NCBI RefSeq assembly: GCF_016433145.1
Contig: NC_058134.1
Location: 170,409,731-170,473,730 of the forward strand
Origin: Gracilinanus agilis
Lineage: Eukaryota
Reading direction: 5' to 3'
DNA: 64,000 nt
Positions within the stretch are counted from its first letter, which is position 1, and each line of letters opens with the position of its first letter. Positions 25,585 to 39,122 of the stretch are shown piece after piece. The position numbers and the translations under genes are program-made. Below the pieces are notes generated by a model. That model had not been told where the DNA came from, ran no database searches, and saw only the letters and a program-made list of their open reading frames with translations.

Positions 25585-26084
25585 GATCTTTGTTGATTCT
25601 CTTTGCTTAACTCTTATTATTTATTATAAGATTTTGCTGTCCCCCTAATTTCTTTCAGCTTTTATGTGGGGCAAGGAGATGGAAATAGCAATAATAATGT
25701 CCAAAAGCAGGGCTATTGTAACATTTGTTAATTTATATGGAAGAGAACAGGAAAAAAATTCCAAGGAAGCACAGATAAGCAGGACAGCTTTGAAAGTACT
25801 GTGTAGAACTTATATAATAAAACAGCAAGCAGTATGAAATGGAAATTCATGCTTTTACTTAAAATCCCCTTTTTATATTCTGCTATTATATACAAATGTA
25901 CTTTAGGGCAATATTGTGGATTTTGGTGATTAAGTTCAAAATAAATATTTTTTTTTATTAAAAAAAAAGAAAAGGAATCCAGAGCTCAGGGATTAGATGA
26001 TTTACCCAATGTCTCACATCTAGTTAATAGCAAAATCAAACTCAAACTTATTTTTCTGGCTTCTTTCCTATCCATGAACTTTAA

Positions 26085-26225
26085 AAAAAGTATATAATGG
26101 GCTTCCTTTGTATTTCCTATGTATTTTAATTTTCTTTGTTTGTAAACATTATTCTGAAAAGGAGCACACAGACTTCAACAGATTATTAAGGGAGTCTGTT
26201 ATACAAAAACATTTAAGAACTTATA
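26085..26225 (-). mobile_element. Ancient hAT MITE fragment (Charlie4z-like, from memory)
   Basis: Reverse complement reads ...ctccttttcagaataatgtttacaaac...aaaatacataggaaatacaaaggaagccc. Related to the copy at ~60205. Confidence 0.55.
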
Positions 26226-27289
26226 TTGTTTCTGGGAGCTTCCAACCTCATGGGGGGTGATATAAAAATATGAAAATTTAAATTACAAAGCCTGTGATTA
26301 TTAGTTGTAGTACCAGAAGTATCACTATTATCATTGAATAGAGTGCAGAGCCTGGAGTCAGGAAGACTCATCTTAAGGAGTTCAAATCTAGCCTCAGATA
26401 CTTACTAAAAAACTGTAAATGGAGTCACAAAGTGTTGAACATGACTGAAATGACCAAATGATAACAATCACTAGTTGTAAGATGTTCATGTATTTTTGTG
26501 AGTCTATCTGTTTATGTGTAATGAGGTTTGTTCCTGAAAAATACCAAATCTTAACTACTCTTATTTTCTCTTAGGCAGCTTTTCTAGACCCATGACTGCC
26601 CACTTTCCTGGTGTCCTATGTAAAAATCTTTAAAAGAAAAATGATAACCTTCTTGGACAAAAGGCTTCAATCTGTAGTTTTCAAGACTTTTCCTAATATC
26701 AGTTGATTCTTGGAATTCTCAAGAATCCTTAAGCTTTTTATCCAGACATAGGTCTAGAATCATACTTTCTTTTAGAATTCCTTTTACTATTGGCAACTTT
26801 TTCAGTGGTACACTGAGGTTCAAGCACCTTTTCTTTTGGTGTTTATGTAGAGGGGCAATTTGGGGACTTCAGTTTTATGATAACCTCATTTGGATTACTA
26901 ATATGGGGTTGGGAATGGGAAATGGTTGTCATTCTTTGTAGGCCATCTCAGGAATTTCTCTAATTCATGACTTCTATTGTTCCTGAAGGTGGAGGGATAG
27001 AAGCCTAAGGGATAAATCTGAAATGCCTTCCTAGTTCCTGGAACTAGAGAATGGACAGAGTGACTTCTCAGTGCTGAGAGATATCAGTGGACCTTGCGAT
27101 TGTGCAGGTGTGTGTCCTTCTATTCTTATATCTCCCATTTCTGAGAATGCATTCCTTCTTTACTTTCACCTATTAAAATCTTTTAGTTTCCTTTAAAGTT
27201 AAGCTCAAGACTAAGTATAAAAAGCCTTTCTTCATCTCTATTGTTGTTAGTGCCTCCCTCTCCAAAATTGTCTTGTCTTTATTTTATTT

Positions 27290-29940
27290 TATTTTTGGTG
27301 AAAATTTTTATATTTTATTTCTTCAAATTACTTGTAAGAACAATTTAAACTTTTTTTTTTAAGATTTTGAGTTCTAAATTCATTCTAGTCCCTCTCTACC
27401 CCCTTCCTGATATAGCAAACAATTGGATATAAATTATACATGTGCAGGTATGCAAAACATTTCCATGTTAGCCATGTGCAAAAGAAAAATAAAGTTTAAA
27501 AAGGTATGCTTCATTCTGCATTGGAGACTCCATTAGTTCTTTTTGTCAAAGTGGATAGCAGTTTCCATCATATATATATATATATATTTTTTTTTTAACC
27601 CTTGTACTTTGGTGTATTGTCTCATAGGTGGAAGAGTGGTAAGGGTGGGCAGTGGGGGTCAAGTGACCTGCCCAGGGTCACACAGCTGGGAAGTGGCTGA
27701 GGCCGGGTTTGAACCTAGGACCTCCTGTCTCTAGGCCTGACTCTCACTCCACTGAGCTACCCAGCTGCCCCCATCATATATTTTTTTAGATTGTCTTGGA
27801 TCATTATTTTGCAGATAATGGTCAAGTCCTTCACAGTTGATCATCATATATTATTACTATTACTGTGTACACTGATTTCCTGATTCTGTTCTCTTCATTT
27901 TGCATCAGTTTTTGTAAGTCTTTCCAGATTTTTCTGAAATTATCTTGCCTTTCATTTCTTATAGCACAGCAGTGTTCCATTAGAATTATGTGCCACAACT
28001 TGTTCAGCTATTCTCTAATTGATGGACATCCCCTCAAGTTGTAATTCTCTGCTACCACAAAAAAGAGCTACTATAAATATTTTTGTACAAATTGGCCCTT
28101 TTCTTTTTCTTTGATCTCTTTGGAATATAGACCTAGTAGTGGTATTTCTGGGTCAAAACGTATGGACAATTTTATAGTCATTTGGATATGGTTCCAAATG
28201 GCTCCCGAAAATGGTTGGGTCTATTCACAACTCCAAGAATACAATAGTATCCCAATTTTTCCACATCCTCTCCAACATTTGTCATTTTCCTTTTCTATCA
28301 TGGTAGCCAATCTGATATGTGTGAAGTAGTGTCTCTGAGTTGTCTTAATTTGCATTTCTCTAATCAGTAGTGATTTAGAGCATTTTTCCATGACAATAGT
28401 AAGCTTTGGTTTCTTCTTCTGAAAACTGTCTTCATATTCTTTAACCATTTATCAGTTGGGGAATGGCTGTTATAACTTTGACACAAGTCTTCATATACTT
28501 GAGGAAGAAGCATTTATCAGAGAAACTTCATGTAAAAACTTTCCCTCAGTTTTCTGCTTTCCTTTTCATCTTGGCTGCATTGGTTTTATTAGTGCAAGAA
28601 CTTATTAATTTAATGTAATCAAAATTATTCATTTTATACCTGTTCAGTTATAAATTCTTCCTTTATTCATAGATGTCAGGTAAACTATTCCATGTGCTTT
28701 TAATTTAATTATGATAACACCCTTTACATCTAAATTATATCTCCAATGATAGAATATGAGAAGTTGGTCTATAATATATCTAGTTTCTGGCAGTTCTGGC
28801 AAACTCCTTTTCATTTTTCCCAGCAATTTTGTCACATTATAAGTTCTTGGCCCAAAATCTTGTTCTTCAGGCTTATCAAACACTAAATTACTATGGTAAT
28901 TTACTTCTGCTTGATCCACCACTCTATTTCTTAGCAGATTCCAGATTATTTTGATGATTACTACTTTGTAATATATTTTGAGATATGGTACTGCCAGAAT
29001 GCCTTCCTCATATTTTTTTACAGTGATTCCCTTGATATTCTTAACCATTTGTTCTTCTAGATGTCTTTTGTTATTTTTTCTAGCTCTATAAATAATTTTT
29101 TGGAAGTTTGATTAATATGGCACTGAATAAGTGAATTAATTTAGGTAGAATTATCTCTTATTATATTGGCTCAGCCTATCTATGAGCAATGAATATTTCT
29201 CCATTTGTTTAGATCTGATTTCATTTGTATAAAAAAGCATTTTGTAATTGTGTCCAGATAGCTCTTGTCTTTGTTAATAGATTTCCCAAGTATTTTATGT
29301 TGTCTACAATTATTTTCAATGGAATTTTTCTTTCTATCTCTTGCTGATGGACATTGTTGGTAATTTGGAAATGCTAATGATTTATGTGGGCTTATTTTAT
29401 ATCCTGCAACTCTGCTGGAATTGTTAATTATTTAAATTAGTTTTTAGTTGATCTGCAACAAAGGATAGTTTGTTTTCCTCATTGGCTTATCGCCTATTCT
29501 GATTCCTTCAGATTTCTTTTTCTTCTCTTATTGCTATTGCTTAGATTTCTAGTACAGTATTGAATAATGGTGGTGATAATGGGCATTCTTACTTCATACC
29601 TAATTTTATTAAGGAGGTTTCTAGCTTATTCCTGTTAGAGTACTTGCTGACGGTTTTAGATAGATAGTACTTAACATTTTAAGGAAAGCTCCGTTTATTC
29701 CTATGATTTCTAGTGTTTTTAATAGAACTGAGTGTTGTATTTTGTCAAAAGCTTTTTCTTCATCTATAGAGATAATCATATGGCTTTTTGTAGCTTTCAT
29801 GATTGATATGGTTCATTATGCTGATAGTTTTCCTAATATTGAACTAGCTCTGAATTCCTGGTATAAATCCCACCTGGTCATGGTATATGATCTTTGTGAT
29901 ATATTAGCATATTATTCTTGCTAGGATTTTATTTTAAAAT
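27290..29940 (-). mobile_element. Old L1, ~2.4 kb of ORF2 and 3' end, interrupted by a SINE
   Basis: Minus ORFs 28221..28448 (KCSKSLLIREMQIKTTQRHYFTHIRLA) and 28644..29048 (GILAVPYLKIYYKVVIIK) are degenerate L1 ORF2p. Confidence 0.88.
27576..27770 (-). mobile_element. Young SINE1-like element, subfamily B, inside the L1
   Basis: Full length. TSD ccatcatatat (27565-27575, 27771-27781). The tail has an (AT)n/T structure. Confidence 0.93.
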
Positions 29941-30859
29941 TTTGCATTTTGTTTTTATTTTAAAGTCATTAAATTGGATGTTGATGGAATTCTCTCTCAA
30001 TTGCATATAGCCACATATTAAATATACTATGTAAAAATAATGGTAGCTTATTTATATAGCATTTATATAGCAGCTTAATATTTGCAATTATATATGATTC
30101 AAATGAGATTGTATATATAAATATATATGTAAGTATCTAATATAGACCACATATATGTACATATATAATAATTTTCATTTTTATTATCAATTTATTATTA
30201 TTAAAACCTTTTGAAATAGGCACCATTGTTATACATGTTTTATACTTGGGGAGGCTGAGGCTATGAAAAATTTAAATGACTTTCCCAAGGTCACACACCT
30301 GATAAGTGACTGAGGCAGGATTCAAGCTCAGATTGTCTTAACTTCCCTAGTTCAGTTCTCTATGCATGTAGATAGTGAAAGAATTTTCTCTCTACTTTGT
30401 AGATAAGGAAATTGGTGCTCAGAAAGTTATTTGTCCAGAGTGATACAAGTAGCAGGTAGCAAGCTGAGCCTCTATAGACTAAGTACTCTTACTCCAAATA
30501 TGGTTCAGTTAAATAGTTCCCAATAGGGGTTAGCATTCCCTAATGATGTCATTATTTCTTGAAAATACTTTATAATTGCATGGTGCTTCACAATAACCTC
30601 AAATAGTGTTTAGTAATTGTCTATAGGGAATGTATAGTAGACTAATACCACAATTAAAAAGTCCTTTGAGTACAGAGTTTCTCTTGGCAAAGTTGATTTA
30701 GGTAAGGAGATGCTTGAGAGAAGTTCTTAATTCCTTGCCAGTTGCAATATAACTGAAAAAGAGTAAGCCTCAAATCACTGCTTAAATTTGTGTGGAGGGC
30801 CAGATGAGGCTGAAGAGAAAGCTGTACTTTAGACATTTGCATGGATCAGGTACCTAAGT

Positions 30860-32110
30860 GTTGGGAAAGCACAACCTCTAGTTTTACCAAGTTTAAGAAT
30901 TATGAAATTCCTTCACACAACCATAATCTCTTGTCTTTTTACCTCTCTCTCTCTCTGCTTTCCCTTTCATTACCTCATATTTTATATTTACTTAATTGAT
31001 GCCCAATTCAGGTTTTCTTCTTTGTGTTAGACATCCTATCCTTTTTTCCTCATCTTGACTCTGGTGAACCAGTTCAACTAGATCCTCCTCTCTTGAATTC
31101 TTCACCCTTTTATCATATCGCTGGTTATATAATACCCATCCAAGCCTTACTCTTGGATCACTCCCACCATTCACCATCATCACTCCTACACAGTTGTTGC
31201 TAAATGATGGTGGAGAAAAATCACACAACTCTTTGATTAGATTCATGACAAATTTATGTTAAATAATTTCAAGTGAGTCCTCACTACTGCAAGGCAATCC
31301 TACTTTACCTCCCTTATCTACTCAATGTTGCACTCTTCAGAGCATCTCTTCTAAGACTTTTCATTCCTCTTCTAACCTCATGTGGCACAGCTTTCTATAA
31401 TCTCTCAGTTGAGAATCTTTCCTCATTTTCAGGAAACAAAATGATGCCATTTGTCATGAATTTCCTTCTTTTTCCTCTTCCTCTTCAGTCCCTCAGGTAC
31501 CTCCCACCATTATCTTCTTCATCTGTCCCACATAGTGAAGTAGCCTTACTCCTCCCTCACATTTCCTCTAATAGATTGCCCCCTTTTTGTCCCCATATCT
31601 TTCTTATTTTCATTTTCTCCCTCTTGGCCTATTTCTCACTGCCTGCAAAGATGCTCATATTTTTCCTATCCTAGGAAAAAAACACTTGCTAATCTTTCCA
31701 TCACCATATTTCCTATAATTCTTCTGCCCTTTGTGCTCAAACTCAAAAACATTGTTAACAATAGGTGCCTCTACTTTCTCTTCTCTCACTCTCTTTTTAA
31801 CTCTTTACAGTCTGCCTTCTGACCTTATTATTCCACCAAAACTGCTCTCTCAAAAGTTACCAGTGATGCCCTAGTTGCTAAATTCAAAGCCTTTTCTAGA
31901 TCCTCATTCTCCTTGACCTCTCTGCAGCCTTTAACACTATTGATTATTTTCTCCTCCTTGGTACTTTCTTTTTTTCTAGATTTTTGGGATACCACTCTCT
32001 CCTGGTTTTCTATCCTACTGCTTCACTGTATCTCTCACTCTATTGATTTCACCTTTGCAGTATCTCTCAAATATACCCCTGTCTCTTCTCAGACACTTCC
32101 ACCACCCTAC
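30860..32110 (+). mobile_element. L2 LINE fragment (RT region)
   Basis: ccaaaactgctctctcaaaagttaccagtgat...ctccttgacctctctgcagcctttaacactattga resembles the L2 RT segment (TALxKVTND...LDLSAAFDT). Confidence 0.8.
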
Positions 32111-33271
32111 TTTAGGTTTTCATTACCTCATGCCTGAATTATATGCAATATCCACTTGAGCGACTGGGATGCTGTCTTTAGAGAGCCATCATTGTCCTTA
32201 TTATGGACAAACCAAAAAGTTGAGGAACTAAAGCCCCCATACCAAGTGGAGAGAAGAGAAGAAAGTCAGTGGCCTTGAGGTTTCTTAAGGACGAATCCAT
32301 TTTTTAAATGAATCCCAGTGCCTTTATTATTTCTATTTTTATTCATCATTCAATAAACAATATTTATTAATTACAGTCTACTCTGTATAGTTCCCTTTGT
32401 TAAATATTGGGAGAAGATACAGAATATGGCATAGTCCCTGCCAGTGTGATAGAGTGAAAAGAGTAATTGATCTGGAGCCTGAGCTGTTGTTCAGTTGTTC
32501 AATTGTGTCTTATTCTTTGTAACCCCATGGAATCAGAGCATCTAAGCTTAAAGCCTAGCTCTACCATTTTCTACCAGTGTGATGATCAGATCTTTTTGAG
32601 CCTCAGTTTCATCACCAGTTAACTGATTGGTCCTTTTTGGCTCTGTCTGTGATTTACAGGAAAATATAGATTGGTAAGATACTTGACAATAAAGTGTGGT
32701 GCTAGAACACATTATATTTATTAGCAGAAGAATCATTTATCCATGCATTTTTATCAAATATTAGCAACAATGCAATTCTCATCCCCACAAAAACTTACTT
32801 GCTAATGATTATAAACTCTTTCTCCAAAAATTTGCTGGGAAATGGGACTTGGTTGGAGAGGTGGGGAGGTCACTATTGTCTGTGTAGAAAATATAAAGTA
32901 GTAAAGGGATCTAACCAGCATTAGAAAGTAAAAAAGTGGCAATGGAGTGATCAGAAAGCTTTATCTTTATGGCCTTGCCCTCTGCTTAGTCTTATGCCTT
33001 ATGCTTACTTAGCAGAAAACAAAGTACTTTCTTACTGCAAAGGACTTGGAAAATATTGATGAGATAAAGCAAATTCAAGAAACCCTTTACCATGAGAAAA
33101 CTCAGTCTTTTTCTAATATAGCCAGGATAGAATTAGTAGTTTTATTTTATGTATTATTTATATCACTGAAAACTAGAATTAGAAATCAGTAATTTCATGT
33201 GTGGGTAGGAGGAGATGGAGGGAGTTCTTTTTGCTAATTTGTAGTGATAACTCTGACTCTGTTTTCATTAG

Positions 33272-33574
33272 GAGATGAAAGCATGGAAATTAAAAAACAA
33301 ATTACAGGGATGAGAAGATTATTGAATGACAGCACTGGAAGAATCTATCAGCGTGTTGGCAAAGAGGGAGAAAAACTGAAGGAAGAACCCCAGGATTTAG
33401 ACTTAGTCTGGGGCCAACATTTGAATTCTTCCACTGAGGTCTCACAGAGCCTCCACCCTTCCCCTAGTGGTACATGGAATGAGTTACCATCTCCAATTGG
33501 CCAATTCCCAGGGCAGTATGGAACCCGATCTAAAACTTTCCAGAATCAGTCCAAAACTACTGGAGGATCCAATG
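33272..33574 (+). CDS. BEND7: BEND7 coding exon 3 (GDESMEIKKQITGMRRLLNDSTGRIYQRVGKEGEKLKEEPQDLDLVW...TTGGSN)
   Basis: Acceptor gttttcattag|GAGAT and donor AATG|GTATGA. 303 nt, phase 1-1, open frame (inside ORF 33244..33648). Near-identical to recalled BEND7 in its first half. Confidence 0.96.
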
Positions 33575-33909
33575 GTATGATCTTAATTTATGTTCTGATT
33601 TTCTTTTTTAAGCTCTGTGCCATAAATGGTTCATTTGTTTGGGTTTAGTACAATAAACTTTTAACCACAAGAATCAGCCAAATCATTTTAGAAGAGAGAA
33701 AAATCTCAAAGTTAAGATTGGAAATATCCCAAACTATACTGAAATCCATGAAGTTTTTAACTTGTTTTGAAAATTAGGCATTGCTTACTTGACTAAACTA
33801 TGTTAGAAGCAGAGATACTACTTTAAGAAATGAAGTTATTCATTGTTCTAATTTACTAAACACTTATTAGCACCTTCAGAGTGTAAAGCTTCTAGTCTGT
33901 GGGAGGAAT

Positions 33910-34002
33910 CTCTCCCCCCCCCCCACTCACACACTCACTCTCTCTCTCACACACACACACACACTCACTCACTCACTCACTCACTCACTCACTCACTCAC
34001 TA
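33910..34002. repeat. Compound poly-C/(CA)n/(CT)n/(ACTC)n microsatellite
   Basis: Read directly from sequence. Confidence 0.95.
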
Positions 34003-36435
34003 TTTAAGGGCAATTGAAAAGCACGAAGAAAGCACTGTGTGCAAAGTCCAAAGAGGAAGACTTGTTTCTGATGGAGGTGTGTAGGTGGGTGTGTTCAGGA
34101 AAACTTCATGGGGCGGCAGGTAGCATCTAGGGAATGGATGTATAGGAATTCCATGGGCAAAAGGGTACATTCCAGGCATAGGGGTGGGTGTGGGGAACAA
34201 AGGCAGAAACAGTTACCTCACATGCATGATAGAAAATTGACCTTTGCTCCCTAAAGAGACTACCTAGTAGAGTGACATTTATATTTCCTTTTGCTTACTC
34301 CTTTATTTTTCTGTAATATCAGCGCAGAGTGTGCCAGAGATACTGAATTCATAGCTAAGAAAAGGACTTTATAACCTTGAGTCCAAAGAGGGACCACTGT
34401 TTTAATCTTAGACCTCAACTACTGAACCAGCAATCCATATTTTATAGCTTAGCTTGATTAGCATAGAAAATAATTCACTTAAAGGAAAATTCACGTAATT
34501 ATAATGTCAATTTTTTAACATGAGAAGTTTTGAAAGAAAATATATGGGAAATAATAACTAGTATTTCCTGACATTTTAATATCCTATCCATTGATATATT
34601 CTCTATTTTCTTTTATGTAAATTATACATTGTTGAAGCCTTGATTTGTACAGGAAAGAGGCAAATAAGAATATATTTGAAAGGAGAGTGCATTTTCAGTT
34701 TGTTTGGAGGACTAAGGTCCCAAAGATACTTTTTCCTTTTTAATTTCATTTTATTAAAATCAGGCTTTATAACTTGCTTTTTAGTATCCTTCAAGAAAAA
34801 GAAAACTTTAATCTCTTCTTGTTATTTAAACATTTTTATGATGATTCTATAACTGTCAATAACTAGTTCAAATGCAAGAACTTCTGTGAAGATACCTGCT
34901 GACGAGATAGCAAGGTGGTATTGTGTCTTTTCTTTCTTTCAGCTATTATACAAATCAGTATCAAATTCACATTCTGGCTTACTTCCAGGATGGATGGAGA
35001 TGGCTCTTTAAAGATTCCTCCATAAAAATAAAAAATTGGTTCTCCTTAAAATTAAAAAATGATTTATAAGAAGTTGGAAAAGGCTGCCTTTGTCCTTTAA
35101 AATTGATAAGGACAGTACCTAGGAAATGTAACAAAGAATATTCTATAAGATGTTCCAAACTCTGTTGACATGAAAGTAATGATTTTTTAAAGTCCAAAAT
35201 CATCTTTTTTCTACATAAAGTTTTTAGTCCTTTCCTTCTTAATTGGAAAGCAAAATTCTATTTCGCAATTTGCAGGATAATTTGTGGATTTACTTTAGTA
35301 ACTTTTGTAATAATTTTAGACATTACAATATAAGCTCCCCATGCATCAATGTGAAAACATTTATTGCTTATATACTTTTATTAGATATGGATTGACTATT
35401 TACATATGTCAGTTAAGTCATATGTAGTTTTTAAGTCTTCATATGTCAGTTGCTGCAATTTTGAACCTAAAATTTTCTGCTACTCAAAATTTAAAAGGTA
35501 TTTTAAGAGTAATTTTACTATGGCCAGTTTTCTAACTGCCTTCATGGTCAGGAGAAGCTAAATGGATTAGAATTCATCTTGTTGAAATGAAATTGGACTT
35601 AATATATAAGGTGTCTGTCAATAAAATCCCAAGTGTTCTTCCATACTCTACTTTTCAGAACAGTGAAGATGAATATTGATATTTGAAAGAGTTTCATAGT
35701 AGTAATGAACTGTGCGATTTTGCTGCAACAGCTATCAGAAAAGGAAGTAGAAGAGATATATAAATAAAGGGACATGGAGTGATGGGTGAAAGGAAACTGG
35801 AGGAGATATAGAAAAAAATATAGAATGTCCTTTATCAAGTTGAGGGGAGTACTGTACACCTACCTACTTTCTCCCATACATCTAGAACATGACCTTTCCT
35901 ATTCTCCCCCATCCTAAAACAATCCCTCAGCTTTTACTTTACCTACTATTACATGTATTGTGAAGCATTATTCTTAGTATTCAAACTATTTTTGAGTTTA
36001 GGTTCTCATTTAATTCTTAATATAAATCTTTATTGCATATACAACTACCAGTTCTTTGCAAGTCTATTCTTTCTTAGAGTTAGTTTTTTATGCATAATAA
36101 AGTGAGAGTGTTTATAATGAATTTCTCTGCTATTGTTATCTTAGATGAACTAGTCTGACAATAGAGAGGCCTGCTGTGAGGTTGCATTGTGTTCATACTT
36201 ACATGCAGTCTTGCCAAACCATGAAGCAGCATGCACCTTACAATATGGAAGTCTAAATAATTGGATAAAATCAGACCCCCAAAATTCAGGTTGTGAAAAT
36301 TATCAGGTACATTTTTCTTAGGCATGGTTCTATAATAACAGTATATGCATCAAAATCCTGTCAAGATATATTTTTTTCTCTCTTTAAATTTTATTTTTTG
36401 GTTTGGAGTCTCTCATGTTTTTCTTTTATGCCTAG

Positions 36436-36558
36436 GAGAACTTCCAGCAGTGAATTCATCATTTGGATCAAACTGCTGTACTTGTAACTGCCAGTCAACC
36501 TTGCAGGCTATTCTTCAAGAACTCAAGACCATGAGAAAATTAATGCAGATTCAAGCAG
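36436..36558 (+). CDS. BEND7: BEND7 coding exon 4 (GELPAVNSSFGSNCCTCNCQSTLQAILQELKTMRKLMQIQA)
   Basis: Acceptor ttttatgcctag|GAGAA and donor GCAG|GTACAA. 123 nt, phase 1-1. Confidence 0.96.
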
Positions 36559-38059
36559 GTACAAAGATAATGGCCTCAAACTTGATTCTTTCAACTTTTA
36601 ATGTACATACAATATCTTCGGGAACAGATTTATTGTGCCTTCTTTATTAATCCCTCCCACCTTCCTTTCTTATGGTATTCATTCATGTTATCAATTTTCT
36701 TGGCTCTTTTGGCCTATGTAGTCCATTCATCCTTTAGCACTTTTTCTGCATTTTCAAAATGGCCAACAATGCCATTTTGTCTTTATTCACTGAAATTTCA
36801 TCCTGAATCCTTCAACTACTTCACAGGTGTCAGTTAAATTAAATTTTGGAATATTTCTTCAAATTTATGTAATATGTTTTTATCTATTTACTGTTGTAAA
36901 CCAATAATAAGGTTCATTTGAAGAAGGAAAGATAATATGGACAATCTAGCTCATCACTTCTTGAACTGCTCAGGGTTAGGGCTTTTTTATATTTCCATGA
37001 TTTATTGCAGTATCAGGGAGTCAAAAGAGTCATCAAGAGCTATCCTAAGACTACACCTATAGAGATGCTCCATGCCAGATAGTTTGTGAACATGTATAGT
37101 GCCTATAGAGAAGTCCCTTCGTTTTGTTCTCTATATGTATCTGCCCCCTAGGAAACATGGGATCTGTGTTTTTGCCCCCAATAGTACAAAGACATATAGG
37201 CAGAAGTCAATAAGAAAAAAAGTAGATGAAAGTGGGCTCGTTTCATTGGTTTTCAGCAGGTGGACATTGTGTTCCTGATGGTTCAGATTCATCATCAGTC
37301 TAGAATCCTGGGATTAGTCATTGAATGCATAAGACTTCTGAAGTTTTTCTCATTTATTTTCCTTTACCATATTATAGTCTTTGTATACATTTTTCCTAGT
37401 TCTACTTACTTTGCTTTTCTTTACTTTATATAAGTCCTGTATTCTTTTTGGAGGTGACTCTTTGCTATAGTTTTCTGAGGCATTAGAAAGAAGAGAGATT
37501 TGTTTTGAGTCATAGAGCCTTATCAATGGTAGAATTCTAGAATTCCCAGGATTTTAGCTATTAACCCCTTCAGTTTATATTTCCCATTCTTTATAGTTAG
37601 AATAAAATAGAATTATACCAGTTATACAGAAGTTAAAAATTTTCATCAAGTCCTGATAGATATATATATATATTTTTTTTTTGTTAAGGAAAAATGCTCC
37701 TGTTATTAGCTCCCCCCACAAAAAAGTGGAAAAAACAGTGATATGTAGATACGATGTTACCACCATTTTAGAGTTTTTGTGCTTTTTAGGGAAGGATTTC
37801 TTTTCCTTGCCTGCTTATAGGAAGGAAGATGTTTCATATATTTTTGTGGTCATTTTAGTGAAATGCCAACATTTGGTGATGCGGGTTTGATTCCAAAAAC
37901 TTATTGTTTAGCATGTTAGCCACCCAAAGTCATATGAACTAAATTCTTCCTTTAAAATGGTAAAAAAGTAAAATGATTATTTGTTTAATGTTTGATTTTA
38001 TTGTGGTCAGGGATAAGCATTTTACTCAATCTATTCATAATAGCATAATAACAAATAAT

Positions 38060-38290
38060 CTCAGAGATAGCATGGTAGGTGGAAAGTTGGTTGAATCAGG
38101 AGTTAAAAGATTTTAATTTAAATCATGTCCTTGATACATTCTGGTGGTATGATTTTAGGCAAGTCCCCTACCTTCTCTAAATCTCAGTTTTCTGATCTGT
38201 AAAATGGAGACATTAGTACTTGTATAAGGCTGTTGGGAGGAAAAAGCTCTATAAACTTTAAAGAGATCTATGAAAATTATCCCAATAACC
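38060..38290 (+). mobile_element. MIR-family SINE
   Basis: ggcaagtccc...ctcagttttctgatctgtaaaatggaga core. Confidence 0.75.
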
Positions 38291-38915
38291 TGGTACATAG
38301 TTAATGTCTCCTGAAATAGAGATGAATAAAAACTATTTTTATTTTTCATGTAGGACTTTTTCCCAGAAAAAGTACTTGCATTTTATTTAATAGAATTCAC
38401 ATTTAAGGAAACATGCACCAGAAAATATAATGATAATATTGATATCTAAGCTCCTTGCTATTGAAATGACAAGCTACATATTATAGTTCTTTAAATACCT
38501 AAAACTTCTTCACCCTCCCCAGAGATGTGCCACCTTCTCACCATGTTTCTTTTTCTGATTCTTTAGATTAGTATGACAAACTAGAGACTAGAAATTCCAG
38601 GTTTTATAATGCACAGATTATATAGAATATAAAATGGAATTAGTTGTTCCCATTTTCTTTAATTTAAAAATTGTAAAATTTTATCTTGTGTTATAGGTTT
38701 GCTAAAGATATTTTGCCTCCTAGACTTAAATTTATATTATATTTTTAAAAGTTCTAATTCCACTTAGGGAAAAGATAAGGGACAAGAATCAGTAACAAGT
38801 TTGGAGTTAGGAGATTGGGCCATATCTTAAGAGGCAAAGTGAGCTGCCAAATTTGAGCATTTCTCCAGCACTTTAAATTAGAAAAGCTTCTTCCTTAAAA
38901 ATTTCCACAAATAGT

Positions 38916-39122
38916 GAGCACAGATAGGTGGCATAGTGGTTTGAGAGCCAGCCCCAGAGTTGGAAGATCCATTCTGGGTTCAGTTCCGGCTTCACTTGCT
39001 TCATAGCTATGTGACCCTGAACAAGTCACTTAACCCCATTGCCTAGTCCTTACTGCTCTTCTGCCTTGGAAATAATACACAGTATTGATTCTAAGATGGA
39101 AGGTAAGGGTTCAAAAAGAAAG
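38916..39122 (+). mobile_element. Older SINE1_Mdo-like element
   Basis: ggtggcatagtgg...gtgaccctgaacaagtcacttaaccccattgcctagtccttactgctcttctgccttgg...gaaggtaagggtt plus A-tail. Confidence 0.88.

Noticed and set aside
33575-33648. In-frame extension of exon 3 (GMILIYVLIFF...*)
   Set aside because: It reads through the GTATGA donor into T-rich intron and stops; no convincing alternative donor was seen.
34867-34914. Possible 48-nt cassette exon (tag|TTCAAATG...GCAAG|gtggta)
   Set aside because: Weak polypyrimidine tract and weak donor. In the phase required after exon 3 it reads into TGA. No supporting evidence.
21007-37438. Similar ~154-bp segments at 21007-21160 and 37285-37438 sharing a left boundary
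   Set aside because: Roughly 80% identical by eye, and the first is embedded in an L1 3' region. Best explained as two copies of the same L1-type repeat rather than a local duplication.
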